From assembly GCA_034780895.1 (NCBI GenBank), contig JAUZTB010000001.1, positions 87,042,454 through 87,106,453 on the forward strand: DNA of 64,000 bases. Reading direction: 5' to 3'. The translations under genes and the position numbers were made by a program. Shown in pieces: positions 26,189 through 38,368 of this stretch. How positions within the stretch are numbered: the first letter of the stretch is position 1; every line of letters begins with the position of its first letter. The DNA comes from Rhynchobatus australiae. Lineage: Eukaryota. The notes beneath the pieces are model-generated. The model did no database searches, was not told the origin of the DNA, and worked only from the letters and a program-made list of their open reading frames with translations.

Positions 26189-29100
26189 TAGAAGAAAATC
26201 TATCGATAAACTAATCTCTTGGTGGGACCTTTTACTGAACAAAGTTTGGACAGTGGCAGTCTGCTGTAAATTTCTGGTGCAGGATCCTTGCGGTTCAGAA
26301 GTATGTCAGGTAACCCAGATTTGATGTCTACTTCCTGTTTATATGACACTGTCTGTTCACTCCATAGTGGAAGGGGAAAGGTCAGACAAATTGAGGCTAC
26401 TAATGCACACTCATATCTGTTAAATCTAGATCACAAAAGAGTTTCTGTGTACTGAAAACAGCCTCATTGAATCTGGTTACATTTTATATTTTCTTCAGTC
26501 TTGTACTTGGTTCTAGTTGCCAACCACTTATCTTTACAGTATAGCCTGCCGCAAGTGCAGGACTGAACTAGAAAATTGTTTTACTTTCATAACATGATAT
26601 AAATGCTACTTAGCATTTGGCCATTCAGACACCTGGCATAGTAAATACCAGCAGGAAACGCAGCCACAAAGACATCAGAAATGGGTAAAAGATTCTATTT
26701 TTAACAAGTCATTAAACCTGAAAAGATGATTCTGTCTAACAAACCTTCCACTTTCCAAGTGGTTTTTGACGCCACATATTTCACCCCACACATTTCAATG
26801 ACCAGTGGAAATTTCTGGGCACAAATTTTGCTCGTCACCAATGGTAGTCAAGTTAATTCCATTCTCTTATCTTTAGCTTTCCATTATAAATCCCACATAG
26901 TTAAGCTTGTTCCACTTCTGCTCAATAAATGCTTTTTGTTTAAAAATGCAGTTTATTTCTAAACGGCAAATTATGTTTGTCAAGAATATGTCACCTGTTT
27001 ACTTAAATGAGCAGACTGCATAATTTGATGTGATCATCTGCGATGTATACTATACTGGAGAAAATTTAATTTTCTCTGATTAAGACAGGTTCAGGATTTT
27101 TTTTGCAGGATATGAAAATCACTGGCATTTTAATTGTCCTTGAGAAGTGGCAGTGAACCATCGTCTTAAGCTACTGCAATCCATGCAGTGAAACATCACT
27201 AGGGAAGGGAGAGTGCAAATGAATATGATAGAGGATAGGTTAACAATCAAACTTCTTGGATGGTGAGGGAACTTGTTGAGAGTTGTTGGGCCAGCATTCA
27301 TCCTGGTAACACAGAGTATTCCATCATTCCAGACTTGTACTACTTGCACAGTAGACAGGCCTTGGGGAGTCTAAGATCAGTCAATTGCTGTATCTCGCTG
27401 CAACATTCACTTGGCTGGTCCAGTTAAGTTTCTGCTTACATGATGCAGGTTATTAATGGTGAAAGTTTGACTGGAGTGATCTAATCTTCTTTGAATTGNN
27501 NNNNNNNNNNNNNNNNNNNNNNNNNNNNNNNNNNNNNNNNNNNNNNNNNNNNNNNNNNNNNNNNNNNNNNNNNNNNNNNNNNNNNNNNNNNNNNNNNNGA
27601 GACACTGATTTCCTGTCTTCTTTCTCCTCCAAAATTTCCTCTCTAATAATGGTGTGTGCATTGATAGAAGGTATTTTGAATCTAACCATTGTGATTCCAG
27701 ATAATTTCTCATAACACGAGCTCTCCTTTTCATTCTTGACTTCTCTCCTTTCTGTTTTTTGTTTTTTTGCCAGAGTTGATACTCTTCCAAAGGTGCGATA
27801 AAGGAAAGCCTTCAGTTGACTTCTACATTTGGAAAGCATTGATGTCATTTTGTGCACATGAGGAATCTGCTAACAGCAAAGACAAGGCTAACCAACTGTT
27901 AGGAAAGAGTGCTTTTTCAGATACAGGAAATCACTTTACTTTTCAAACAAGTGCTGTGGGATTTATTATATTTACCTGAATTGACAAATAAGATCTCTGG
28001 TTTCAGAGCCAAAAACAGCATCACTGCCTTTGCAACACTGAAAGTCCATTAAAGAGTTAAAATAATGTTGTGAGCTTTGCTCAAACCCAAGTGCATGATT
28101 TGTACAACCAAATTAAGTTACATGAAACAATAATGAGTGTGCATGTACTTCCCATTGGTATTTGGCATGTTAATGCCACCTCATCATTCTGAATGCCATT
28201 TCCCATGAGTGTTCAAATAATCAAGGCCTGAATTTTATCTTTATTAGCTTTTTCTCTGAAGCTGATACCACAGAATTAGCAGAACATCATCAATAAACTA
28301 GATAATCACAGCTGGATCCTCATAGGTCAGTGACAAGTCTTATGAGCTCCAGAAATTCCTTTTTCAAATTCTCCAGTGCCAATCAGAGCTGCTATCATTG
28401 GTTAAGTTTGTTTCTGGATTCTCATTTGTGCTTTGGTTAAGCCCTCTAGAATTCATCTTAAGCTGCTATACTTATAGATACTGATTGGCAAAGTGACATT
28501 CAGTTTTATTTTTCACAAATGTCCTCATCGTTTTAGTAAACTGCATGTACTGTATGTTTTTCATAAGGGCATAGTCTGTTTCTTATTAACACAAGCTTGA
28601 ATGTTAATGGAGTCTTGCAGCATGCAGGCATGGGATGTTTTATTACCTTATCTCATCTTATAGTCGTAACAATACAGAAGAAGGCCAATCAGCCCATTGG
28701 GTCCATGCCAACTCTCAGAAGAGTAATCCTATGATTTCCTTGGACCCTTGCAACCTGTTCTCTCTCATACATGCCCATTCAACACCCCTTTCATTCTTTT
28801 AGCTAATAGCCTACACTAATGGTTCATTTGCAGTAGCCAATTAACCTACAGAGAAACCCAGACTGAGTAGTGGTGTGCAAGTTATTGTTCTGTAAGTGTC
28901 TTTTGATAGATGATGCCTTCTGTGCTTCATTTTGCTGATTGAGAGTAGATCTGACAGTAATTATCAGGATTTGGATTTATCCTTATTTTGTGGTATGGGG
29001 ATAAGAGACCAATTTTTCATTTTGTTGCATAGATCTAGTTTTGCAAAGTGGTGAACAGCTTAGCTAGGGGTGCTGCTAATTCATGATGGAGGAGACTGTG

Positions 29101-30337
29101 ACATTGCTTGGTAGATATGAGAAAAGGCATGCCAGGCTGTTTCTTGACTAGTGTGTGGGACAGCTCTTCCTATAAACCCCCTGATGTTAGTGGCATAATA
29201 AGATTTTTTTTCCTGTCTTAATCACTCTCCAGCTCACACTCTCATGTTCCATCCTGGCATTTGAGTCACTTCCTCAGCTCGCACCAGCCTCGATAATAAA
29301 CTGTTCAACTCTACTCATCATTGCTTATCCAGATTTAGACCACGTACCCTGGAGAAATGTGCCTTTGAAACCTGCAGATGAGCATAAGTTGAGATACTGA
29401 CATGAATAGAAACCATAGGGAAGCAAGTGTTGGAATTTTCCACTTCTGCTTTGTTGTTGCATATCCAGAAGGACTATTGGGAAACTCTATATTGCCAGTT
29501 TATGATTTCCTACCATTAGAAGGTATTTAAAATATTCTCCAACTGCAGATTTTGGATTGCTATGTTCAGCTGGTTCATTTTATGATTCTGTAGAAAGGGG
29601 GCGTCTTAATTGTGCCCACCAGAATATTGCTAAGCCACAAAATTACCCCAACTTTTGCACTGACGTACATCCTCCTACAACCTTTATTCACTGAAGTATC
29701 ATGTAGCTCTACGGAAATTACGAGACCACCATGGAAACTTTAGTACGGTTTTCCTCGTGTGTTGTGTTTGATGTATTACATGGAACAGTACAGCACAGGG
29801 ATAGGCACTTCGGCCCATGATGTATGTGCCAATCGTGATGCCAATCTGAACTGCATATCTGCCTGCACATGGTCTGTCACAGTGCCTCTTAAATGTTCCT
29901 TCCACCACCTCCCCTGGCAGCACGTTCTAGGCACCTACCACTCTCTATGTGGGGGGAGGGGGGGGAAATTTTGCCCTGTAAATCTACTTTAAACATTTCC
30001 ACTTTCACCTTAAAGCTATGCCCTCCAGTATTTGGAGTATTTTCATTAGTGATTAAATTGGAACACTGGTCCTTTCAAATGTATACTCCATGAGACTCCG
30101 ATGACTGATTTTAGTTGTGTAGGTGGTGGTCAGGAGAAAGTAATAAGGAAAGTTGATCTGTGGAAACAGATCTCTTTGGAAATGCTTTCCTATTTGGAAA
30201 TAGACTGATTCATTCAAATCTGCATTAGATTATTTTCAGCTTTGAAGCATGTTGGGATACAGTATATAAATAAATTGAGATAAAATCATGGGGAAGGGTA
30301 CCAATCTTGAGGTTTCCTTCTTGCCTCATGCCTGGAT

Positions 30338-30411
30338 CTGAGAGCAATGTCCAGTTAGCAACAGCTGAGAGCTGAGTTAGCAACAGCTGAGAGCAATGTC
30401 CAGTTAGCAAC
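30338..30411 (+). repeat. Three-unit minisatellite (27/22/25 bp; ctgagagc[aatgtcc]agttagcaacag)
   Basis: Read directly from the sequence. Confidence 0.9.
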
Positions 30412-32439
30412 TCTATTATTATTGGATTATAGAGCTTTCATGAGAAGGCAATCCAGGTAGACCTCAATCTTTAGATTTGCCCTGCAGCCCTGTTGTTTCT
30501 GAAGGCAGCAAGTTTTGGCAGCCACCACTTGCTTCTCATCAGAGCTCTGATGCTCTGGGTATTATTTTGCGCAATCTCCTCAATCAATCAACATTTTCCT
30601 ATTTGTACCTACACTTGTTTTTGCTGTGAAAGGAGTATTGAAATATAGGAAATTCTTTCTTGCGCACAATTGAGACCACTTGGTTCTTGGTGAATGCCTA
30701 AAAAAAATAGAATTCTGGCTGCATGCCACCAATTTAATTGGGTTCTTTTATTAATAGTGGACAAATTGGTGCTATGCTAGAATTTATACATGTGATTGAG
30801 AGAGTTAAATGACCAGGCAATAGAAAACCATTGTCCTAGCTGTGATCTGTAAGAAGACCTTATAGTCCATGCCTCTTAGTTTCCCTGTAATGATGGAAAG
30901 ATTTGAAATAATCTTAAGCATAATGTCTTTTTTTTTTGCAAGAGATCTCAAAAGATTGAATCACACAAAGAGTGTGATTCAAGTGTCTGTCTTGGTGCCT
31001 CTGTGATTAATGAAACATTCATCATCTAGATGGGTTTTGTTAGAAATTTGATTTGTGGGCTTATCTTTTCAAGTATTAATGTGACAAAATTGGCAGCCTG
31101 AAGTTGCAGCTATTATGTGTGTTCTTCTGCAGTTTGGGATACTTGGAAGTTTGGACAAAAAGCACTTCTTTCTGATTTGGAGGCTAATCTATTTGCTTTG
31201 TTGGCTATAAAGCAGTTTTAGACAAGCTGAGGTACTGAAAGGAACTATATTCAAGGAAGTCTTTTTCTATGGGTTAACTGGATGCAAGGAGGAACTAGTC
31301 CACCAAGCATAATTTCCAATTTGCCTGCTGCACTGGTTAGAATTACACTGTCTTCTTGTTCAAGTTTCTCCTCCTCTTACCCCCCTTCCTCGTGCCCCCC
31401 CCCCCCCAAACCCCTTGGTTCTTCTGGCTGCTAGAGATTCTAGGCTTCATCTNNNNNNNNNNNNNNNNNNNNNNNNNNNNNNNNNNNNNNNNNNNNNNNN
31501 NNNNNNNNNNNNNNNNNNNNNNNNNNNNNNNNNNNNNNNNNNNNNNNNNNNNGCAGAAAATCATAATATGAATACAAGATATCTAAGATCAGGGAACTTT
31601 TGAGAACTAGAAGAGTTAAAAAGGTTGCCAAGGTGTAGAATGATGGGGGAGTGGATGGTATAGCTTGTCTTTGGTTTGCTGATGATTATCGGCAACTATT
31701 AGACTGTAGCCAATGATTGATCATGCTTCCCTTTTAAATCAGCATAAGACTTTGCAGAGTTTTTCCTGACTTTCTATTGTGCTATGTGTGTAAAAACATT
31801 TATGTACAAGTAGGTAATTGTGGTCTGAAGGAGTTATAATTAATGGCTTGCATTGTGTCTATACACATTATAAGCAGTAAGACCTGTTTCAAATTGTACA
31901 GAAGTTTGTTACATCTATTAACATGCAATGTAGAGTATATAAACATAGGGCAGTAACCTACTGTTATTACTAAAAACGGCACTCCTGCACACAATACATT
32001 GTACATTATAATGTACTATGACGTTACATGAGAATATAAGAAAGAGAAGCAAAAGTAGGTTTCCTGTGACTGGTCCTCCTGCAATTAGATCATTGCTGAT
32101 CTTTTACAGTGTCACTTTCCTTACAGACGCTAGACCCTGTATCATACGAACATTAGGAGCAGGAATATGCCCATTGGCTCTCTGAACCTCCTCCACCATT
32201 TAATTACAACATGGTTGTTCAAATCATAACTTCAATTCCACGTTCCTGGCAACCCATAATATCTTTTACCTTGCTTATCAATAATCAATCTACCTCTGCC
32301 TCAAGTATATTTAAAGATTCTGCTTCCACCATCCTTTCGAGGAAGAGAGTTCCAAATGTGACACTCCCATGGTGTAGCAATATACTTGAGACACTTTACA
32401 TGGTATCACGTTTGGATACAGCATGCAGAAAAGTTACTC

Positions 32440-32612
32440 CTGCAGTAAGAAACAGAAAGTGTGTTAATGTTTCAAGTTGGTGTCCTTTCAACAGAATACA
32501 GCTCATCGACATGAAATGACAACTGTTTTTCTGTCTCCCCAGTTGCTGCTTGACCTGCTGAGTATTTCCAGCATTTTTTGTTTTTATTTCAGATTTCTAG
32601 CATCTGCAGTTA
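32440..32612. mobile_element. Decayed Penelope terminal repeat, inverted pair
   Basis: gttaatgtttcaagt (minus copy) next to catgaaatgacaactg...gctgcttgacctgctgagtatttccagcat...catctgcag. Confidence 0.65.
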
Positions 32613-32699
32613 CTTCCTTTTAAGATTGTAAAGGCTTTAATTGACTTGAATTTATTCTTGCGTTTTAATAAATTTAAAATTTCAATGCTACTGTCTAGT

Positions 32700-33060
32700 G
32701 ATTAATGAGGTGATCTCATTGAAACACAAGATTCTTATGGGGCTTACAGAGTAGATGCATGGGTCATGTTTCTCCCAGCAGAGATGTCTAGAACCAGGAG
32801 TTACAGTCCCAAAGCAATGGCTGGCTGTTCATGCTGGATGAGAAGAAATTTCTTCACATAGAGGGTGGTGAATTTTGTGAAGTCTTTACCCAAGAGGGCT
32901 GTGGAGGCTCAGTCACTGAGTATATTTAACTTAGAGCTTTAGAAGTTAAGGGAATCAGTGGATAGCAAGTTGGTGCTGGTAACTGGTATGGAGGTAAGAG
33001 ATGAGCTTTTAACTTGAATGGCTGAGCAAGCATGAAGGGCTGAATGGTGTTACTCCTGTT
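32700..33060 (+). mobile_element. CR1 LINE 3' fragment
   Basis: gatgagaagaaatttcttcac..agagggtggtgaat...gaagggctgaatgg. Confidence 0.8.
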
Positions 33061-33517
33061 TTATTTATTTTCATACTGTTGGTGATTCTTGCTTTAGATC
33101 CCTACTCCACTTGGCTCTTCTTGCTCTAGATGTTTTCAATTAGTTTCCTCTTGCTGTGGATCTCTACCAGCTTTGGCTCACCACGTCCATTCTGAGGGGG
33201 AGGTGGGGTCGGGGAGAAACTGTGCCCATTCTGAGGTCAGCTTTTTCTACTGAAGATCTCAACAATGTCTTTCCGTGCCTACTATTAATCCCACCCTATA
33301 GGACTGGCAGAGGACACACTGAGGATTTGCTGCCCAGTTACAACAGTTTAACAATAGATAGTATGGTTTGGTATGCATTGAAAGGAATTATGTTTTTAAA
33401 AAGTACTAAGGACGGGAATGTGGAAATATAAACGAGTGATCATATTTGGATAAACATATTTATTTCAAGAATTTCCAGTATTGTACATCTTTGAAAAGTG
33501 TTTTATCAAATTGTTAA

Positions 33518-33760
<243 letters not shown>

Positions 33761-33881
33761 TGAAAGCCATAAATTCACCTTGGCTCAATGATCCAGAAAT
33801 ATCTTGCATCTGAATATATGGTTGTTTATCGTATTATGTACATGAAAAGATGGAACTATATGCAGATTACTTATTCAGTAC

Positions 33882-34498
33882 AAAAACTTTGAGGCAAAGA
33901 TTCACACACACCTTTTCCAACCTGGTTTGTGGCATTTGGTGCTCGCGATGTGGCCTCCTCTACAACTGTGAGAACCAGTGTAGCTTAGGCAACTGTTTTA
34001 CAGAACACCTGCACTCTGCCATCTTGAGCTTTCAGTTGCATGTCATTTTAACTCTCCTTCCCATTCCCACACTGACCTGTCTGTCCTCTGCCTTTTCCAC
34101 TTCCATGGTGAGGCCAAACGCAAACTAGAAGAACAGCACCTCATATTCTGTTTGGGTAGTCTACAGCCCAGTGGCGCGAACATTAAATTTTCCAATTTAA
34201 GGTAACCCACTACCTCTGTACCTTTTCCATTCCCACCAGTCCACCCAGTCTCTCCCTTTGTTCACCTTTGCCGTCAACCCCCCTGCCTCCCCCACATTAA
34301 CTAAAGTCATCATCCCTCCCCCAACTTGTTCCATCCATCCATCATCCCACCCTTATCCGGTTCCACCTATCACCAAGTCCCGATGCAGGGTCTCAACCTG
34401 AAAATGCCAACCATCCCTTTACCTCCACGGATGCTGAGTTCTTCCGGCATTTTATCCTTTGCTCCAGATTCAAGCACCTGTAGTTGCTTGTGTCTCCT
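33882..34498 (+). mobile_element. 5'-truncated Penelope-like element: GIY-YIG endonuclease remnant and hammerhead-bearing terminal repeat, 15-bp TSD
   Basis: RQRFT..SNLVCGIWCSRCGLLY..E....LG..F.EHL / VACHFNSPSHSH...KRKLEEQHLIFCLGSLQPSG; TSD ttacttattcagtac (33867-33881) vs ttactcatttagtac (34499-34513). Confidence 0.88.
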
Positions 34499-34889
34499 TT
34501 ACTCATTTAGTACCTTCGCTGTGCCTTCAGAATCCAAGTGCAAGTATCCATTTTGTCCTTGATAGGCCCCACACTTCTACCTTCTAGCTTTTTACTATTT
34601 ATATGCCTTTAAAATGCTCTGGACTCCTATTGGAAAATAATTGTTTCTCATGTGGTCCATTTTCATCTCATTTTAATTTTCACTTTGCCTCTGATTATAT
34701 ACATCTTGCTGGCATTAACAATCTGACACTTGGCATTATGTTTTCTTGAACCATTGAGGGGTTTCAGTTGAGTAGATAAACAGTTCACACTTGCAGGTGG
34801 TTCAGTTAGCAGAGGACACAGATATAAAATTAATGGCAAAAAATGAAAGGTGGAGAGTCGGGAGACAAGAGTAGATTGAAAGAAAGGAG

Positions 34890-34992
34890 ACCAAAATACT
34901 GGAAATCTGAAATTAAACAGAAAATACTGGAAATGTTCCACAGGCCAGGTGGCATCTGTGGAGAGAGGAATAATGTTAGTGTTTCAGGTCTG
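34890..34992 (-). mobile_element. Penelope terminal-repeat fragment
   Basis: ctggaaatctgaaat...ggcatctgtggagagag...gttagtgtttcaggtc; similar copy at 37975-38075. Confidence 0.65.
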
Positions 34993-36978
34993 TTGTCGTG
35001 AGTTGTGACCTGGCACAGACTGCCAGAAATAATTGTGGTAGCAGATTCAAATGGGAATTGGATAAATACTTTTAAAAAAAAGAGTAAAAATGCAAAGCAG
35101 CAGGGAAAGAGGGGAATGGGACTAATTGAAAAGCACTTTCATAGAACCAGTACTGGTACAATGTGACATGTATCACCACCTAGAGCTATCCTTTATGTTG
35201 TTGGTAAAATGCAGATTATACGCTCCAGGTGCATCATATCCGTCTGTTCTGCAGAGAGATTCTGTCACTGCTTTGAGAGGAATTTTAATTTCAAGTTGGC
35301 ATACTCAGCAGCTCTGTATTCACTCTCTGGATATGTTGCAAGATGTTTCAGTACAAATCAGGTATTCTGCTAGTTAGAGATCAGTGATGCTGATTGTATG
35401 TTTTAATCCCACACAATTTCACTTTTTTTAAAATAAGTGGATAAGGTGCAAATGGGAGGGAAATATGTCTCTGGTGCAGGAATGTGCTTTTCAGCATGTG
35501 ATATTTGTCTGGTTTTATGTTGCAGCAAAATTCTACCACTCAGCTGCCTGCCTATAGCTCCATATCTTTCTCTCTTTTGAATATTTATTTACCCTGTATG
35601 ATTCAGTGCCTGCTCCTCAATCTCAATCTTTGTTGGTATTTTAGCAGCTGCATCTGCTTATTTTTTTCTTCATTTTAAATTGATGAAAATGCCACCTCTT
35701 TCCTCCCACACTGAATCACTGATTGTCACAGTTAACAATCCTCAAACTCAGTTAACCCCTTTCATAGATTTAGAAACTTAAATAAAAATTTCCCCTTGAC
35801 TTTCCTTGAATCCTCCTTTTGTAGATTTCCATTTTGAACATCACACTGGTGAATCTATACTGTGTGCCTTGCAGGGCTTTAATGTACTGTCTATTAATGG
35901 AGTGCCCAAAACAGTAACAGTTAAGGAAACACAGATCTAGTCATTTATTTGCTGAGGTGCATTGATGGGGTTAAATGCTTTGGGTGACCAATAAGAAATA
36001 CTATTTTGGTCAATTGCTGGTCACAAGAGATGGCTAATAGTTGGAATGGCATAAAGATTGCATAACATGGCACATGAATGTACATTGAATAAAGAAGGCC
36101 ATTGATGATTGGTGGAATTGTGAAAGGGTGGGAAAGTAGGAGGGAGTGAGAATCTTGCAGAAGATTGAAAAGAGAACACTGAAGGGAGGTGAGTGTGATG
36201 CATCAGGAATAGCATTGGGCAGTTGTACATTCTTTTACCCAAGGCTTGAAAATTATTGTTCATGGGCTGCTGCTTAAATGCTATAATGTAATTCTCATGT
36301 GCATCAAATAATTATCATTGTTACTAGTGTCCTGTTGGTATTGAGCAAGGCCAAAATTGACGATAGCAATAATCGGTCTATGACTTAATAATTGTCTTAT
36401 GAAGGCTATTGTGACTTCATTGTTGTGATTTATTCAAATTTATGAAACCCAAAACGCCATTGCGCTGATTTCTTTTGTTCTTTTGTAACACGCACAGGTA
36501 CTTAACTCCTTGTATTTTAAATAAAATGTCCATTTGAGGTTGTGCAATGATATGCTAGGATTCTGGTGTGAAACCCTTCTCGCCCTTCTGCTAGATGCAT
36601 GTGGGCTAGGAACCTGTGACGAATCCCTATCCTCAATTGGAGACCTCAGCAACGAATCAGTTACTGTGGGGAAGCCACCTACGAGAGCTTTGGTCGTTGA
36701 ACAGGGGTGAGTGATGTGACTGAGAGCTGGAGCTTGGGGCTGCACCCGGGCCGGTACAGTGAGTTGGGCTAATGCTAGGGACAGGCAGGATCCGTTGAAA
36801 GACTCCCTGGATCCTTCATACTGCCTCATCGCTGTTGGAGGGTGCTCTCTTCCCCTCTTTTGTTTGGCTGCACAGCTCTCTGCAGCCTGGGAGTTTCTCT
36901 GTTGTTACAAGCTCAGTGGCTAGCAACCAGCATTTAATCTGCTTTGCTGAATGTACCACTTTTTTCTTCCTGCAACAG

Positions 36979-37104
36979 TACCCGCATTTTCTCAAAAGGG
37001 AGGGCAACAAGCTGCAAATCATGCTTCAGAGACGAAAGCGGTACAAGAACCGGACCATTCTGGGATACAAGACTCTGGCAGTTGGTTCCATTAACATGGC
37101 TGAG
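36979..37104 (+). CDS. PACS2: PACS2 exon 4 (126 bp): [42 protein letters not shown]
   Basis: Polypyrimidine tract plus caacag|, GAG|gtgaga; contains the conserved RRKRY motif; KREGN is PACS2-type. Confidence 0.97.
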
Positions 37105-37224
37105 GTGAGACAAAGATAAAGAATCAAACTGTCTGCCTTTTGTCACTGTCTATCCTGTGATATTGGGAGTAACTTGACTCTATATGATGGTGTCGTTCAT
37201 GGCATCTGTTGCAAAAAATCAGAA

Positions 37225-37485
37225 TTATAGTCATGGAAATGTACAGCACAGAAACAGGCTCGTTGACCCACCAGGTCCTTGCCGATCATCAGCCACCCAT
37301 TTACACAGATCCTACTCCAATACCATTTTATTCTCCCCACATTCCCATCAACAACCTCCCAGATTCTACCACTCACCTACACACTAGGAACAAATAACAC
37401 TGACCATTTAACCTACTGACTCGCATGTCTTTTGGGATGAGGAAACCCATGTGGTCGTGGGGAGAACATGCAAACTCCCCACAAA
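37225..37485 (-). mobile_element. V-SINE with CR1-type 3' tail
   Basis: tacagcacagaaacaggc (reverse complement of CR1 tail) followed by V-domain and ggaaacccatgtggtc..gggagaacatgcaaactcc. Confidence 0.8.
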
Positions 37486-37509
37486 GATTCACAATGGTTT
37501 AGGTCATTA

Positions 37510-37945
37510 AAAGCAAAACTTGCATTTATGTTGCACGTTTTGCATTGCTTTCAGCAGGTTCCAAAGCCATTGAGTTTTTATTAAAATGTAAATGCTGTTG
37601 TAATGTAGGAAACACAGCAACCAACTTACCTATAGCAAGCTCCTGCAAGCAACAGCGTAATGAAGCCTATCTAATCTATTCTAGTAATGTGGTATTGGTC
37701 AATATTTGTGTTTCAAACATGAGGGGAGCTCCGCTGCTCTTCATTGCAATGGAGTCTTGGAATCCCTTATACCCACTTGAAAGAAATTAAAAGGGCTTGG
37801 TTTAACAGATAGTCCACTAGCAATGCAGCACTAATTAAGTACTGCTCTGGATTCTCAGCACACATGTTTATGCTCAAATGCTTAAGGTGGGACTGCCACC
37901 CACAATCTTCGATGAAGTTGAAAATACAACCAACTGATCCACAAT
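37510..37945 (-). mobile_element. Decayed Deu-domain SINE
   Basis: gcaaaacttgcatttat...gttgtaatgtaggaaacacagcaacc...gcagcact...tatgctcaa. Confidence 0.7.
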
Positions 37946-38224
37946 GTATCGTGACTAAGATAGTTAGTGAAAATAAAAAAAAACACAGGCATTGAAAATA
38001 TGAAATAAAAACAAAAAATGCTGGGAAAACTCAGCAGGACAGGCCACATCCGTGCAAAGAGAAGCATTAATAGTTAAACATGGATGCTGAATATTACATT
38101 GCACATGAAGAGCAGGGAGAGCTCTCTGGAATTCTGGTCAAGTGACAAAAAGAGAACTTGTAGAAACAACATTTGCAGGTACTAAATATGTTTATTTTTG
38201 TGTTTTTTTTGTTTTGTAACACAG

Positions 38225-38368
38225 GTAATGCAGCATCCAACAGAAGGTGGCCAGGTCCTCACTCTGCTGAGTAACCTAAAGCAAGCTGCAATAAAAGTGG
38301 CTGAAATTTGGATCTTTGCATTGTCTAGCCAGCCAATTGACCATGAGGACAGTGCAATGCAACCTGGT
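38225..38368 (+). CDS. PACS2: PACS2 exon 5 (partial, 3' end in N gap): [48 protein letters not shown]
   Basis: ttttgtaacacag| acceptor; in frame with exon 4; LSSQPIDHE motif; runs into N at 38369. Confidence 0.94.

Noticed and set aside
36440-36829. 129-aa antisense ORF
   Set aside because: No recognisable homology; explained by locally higher GC content
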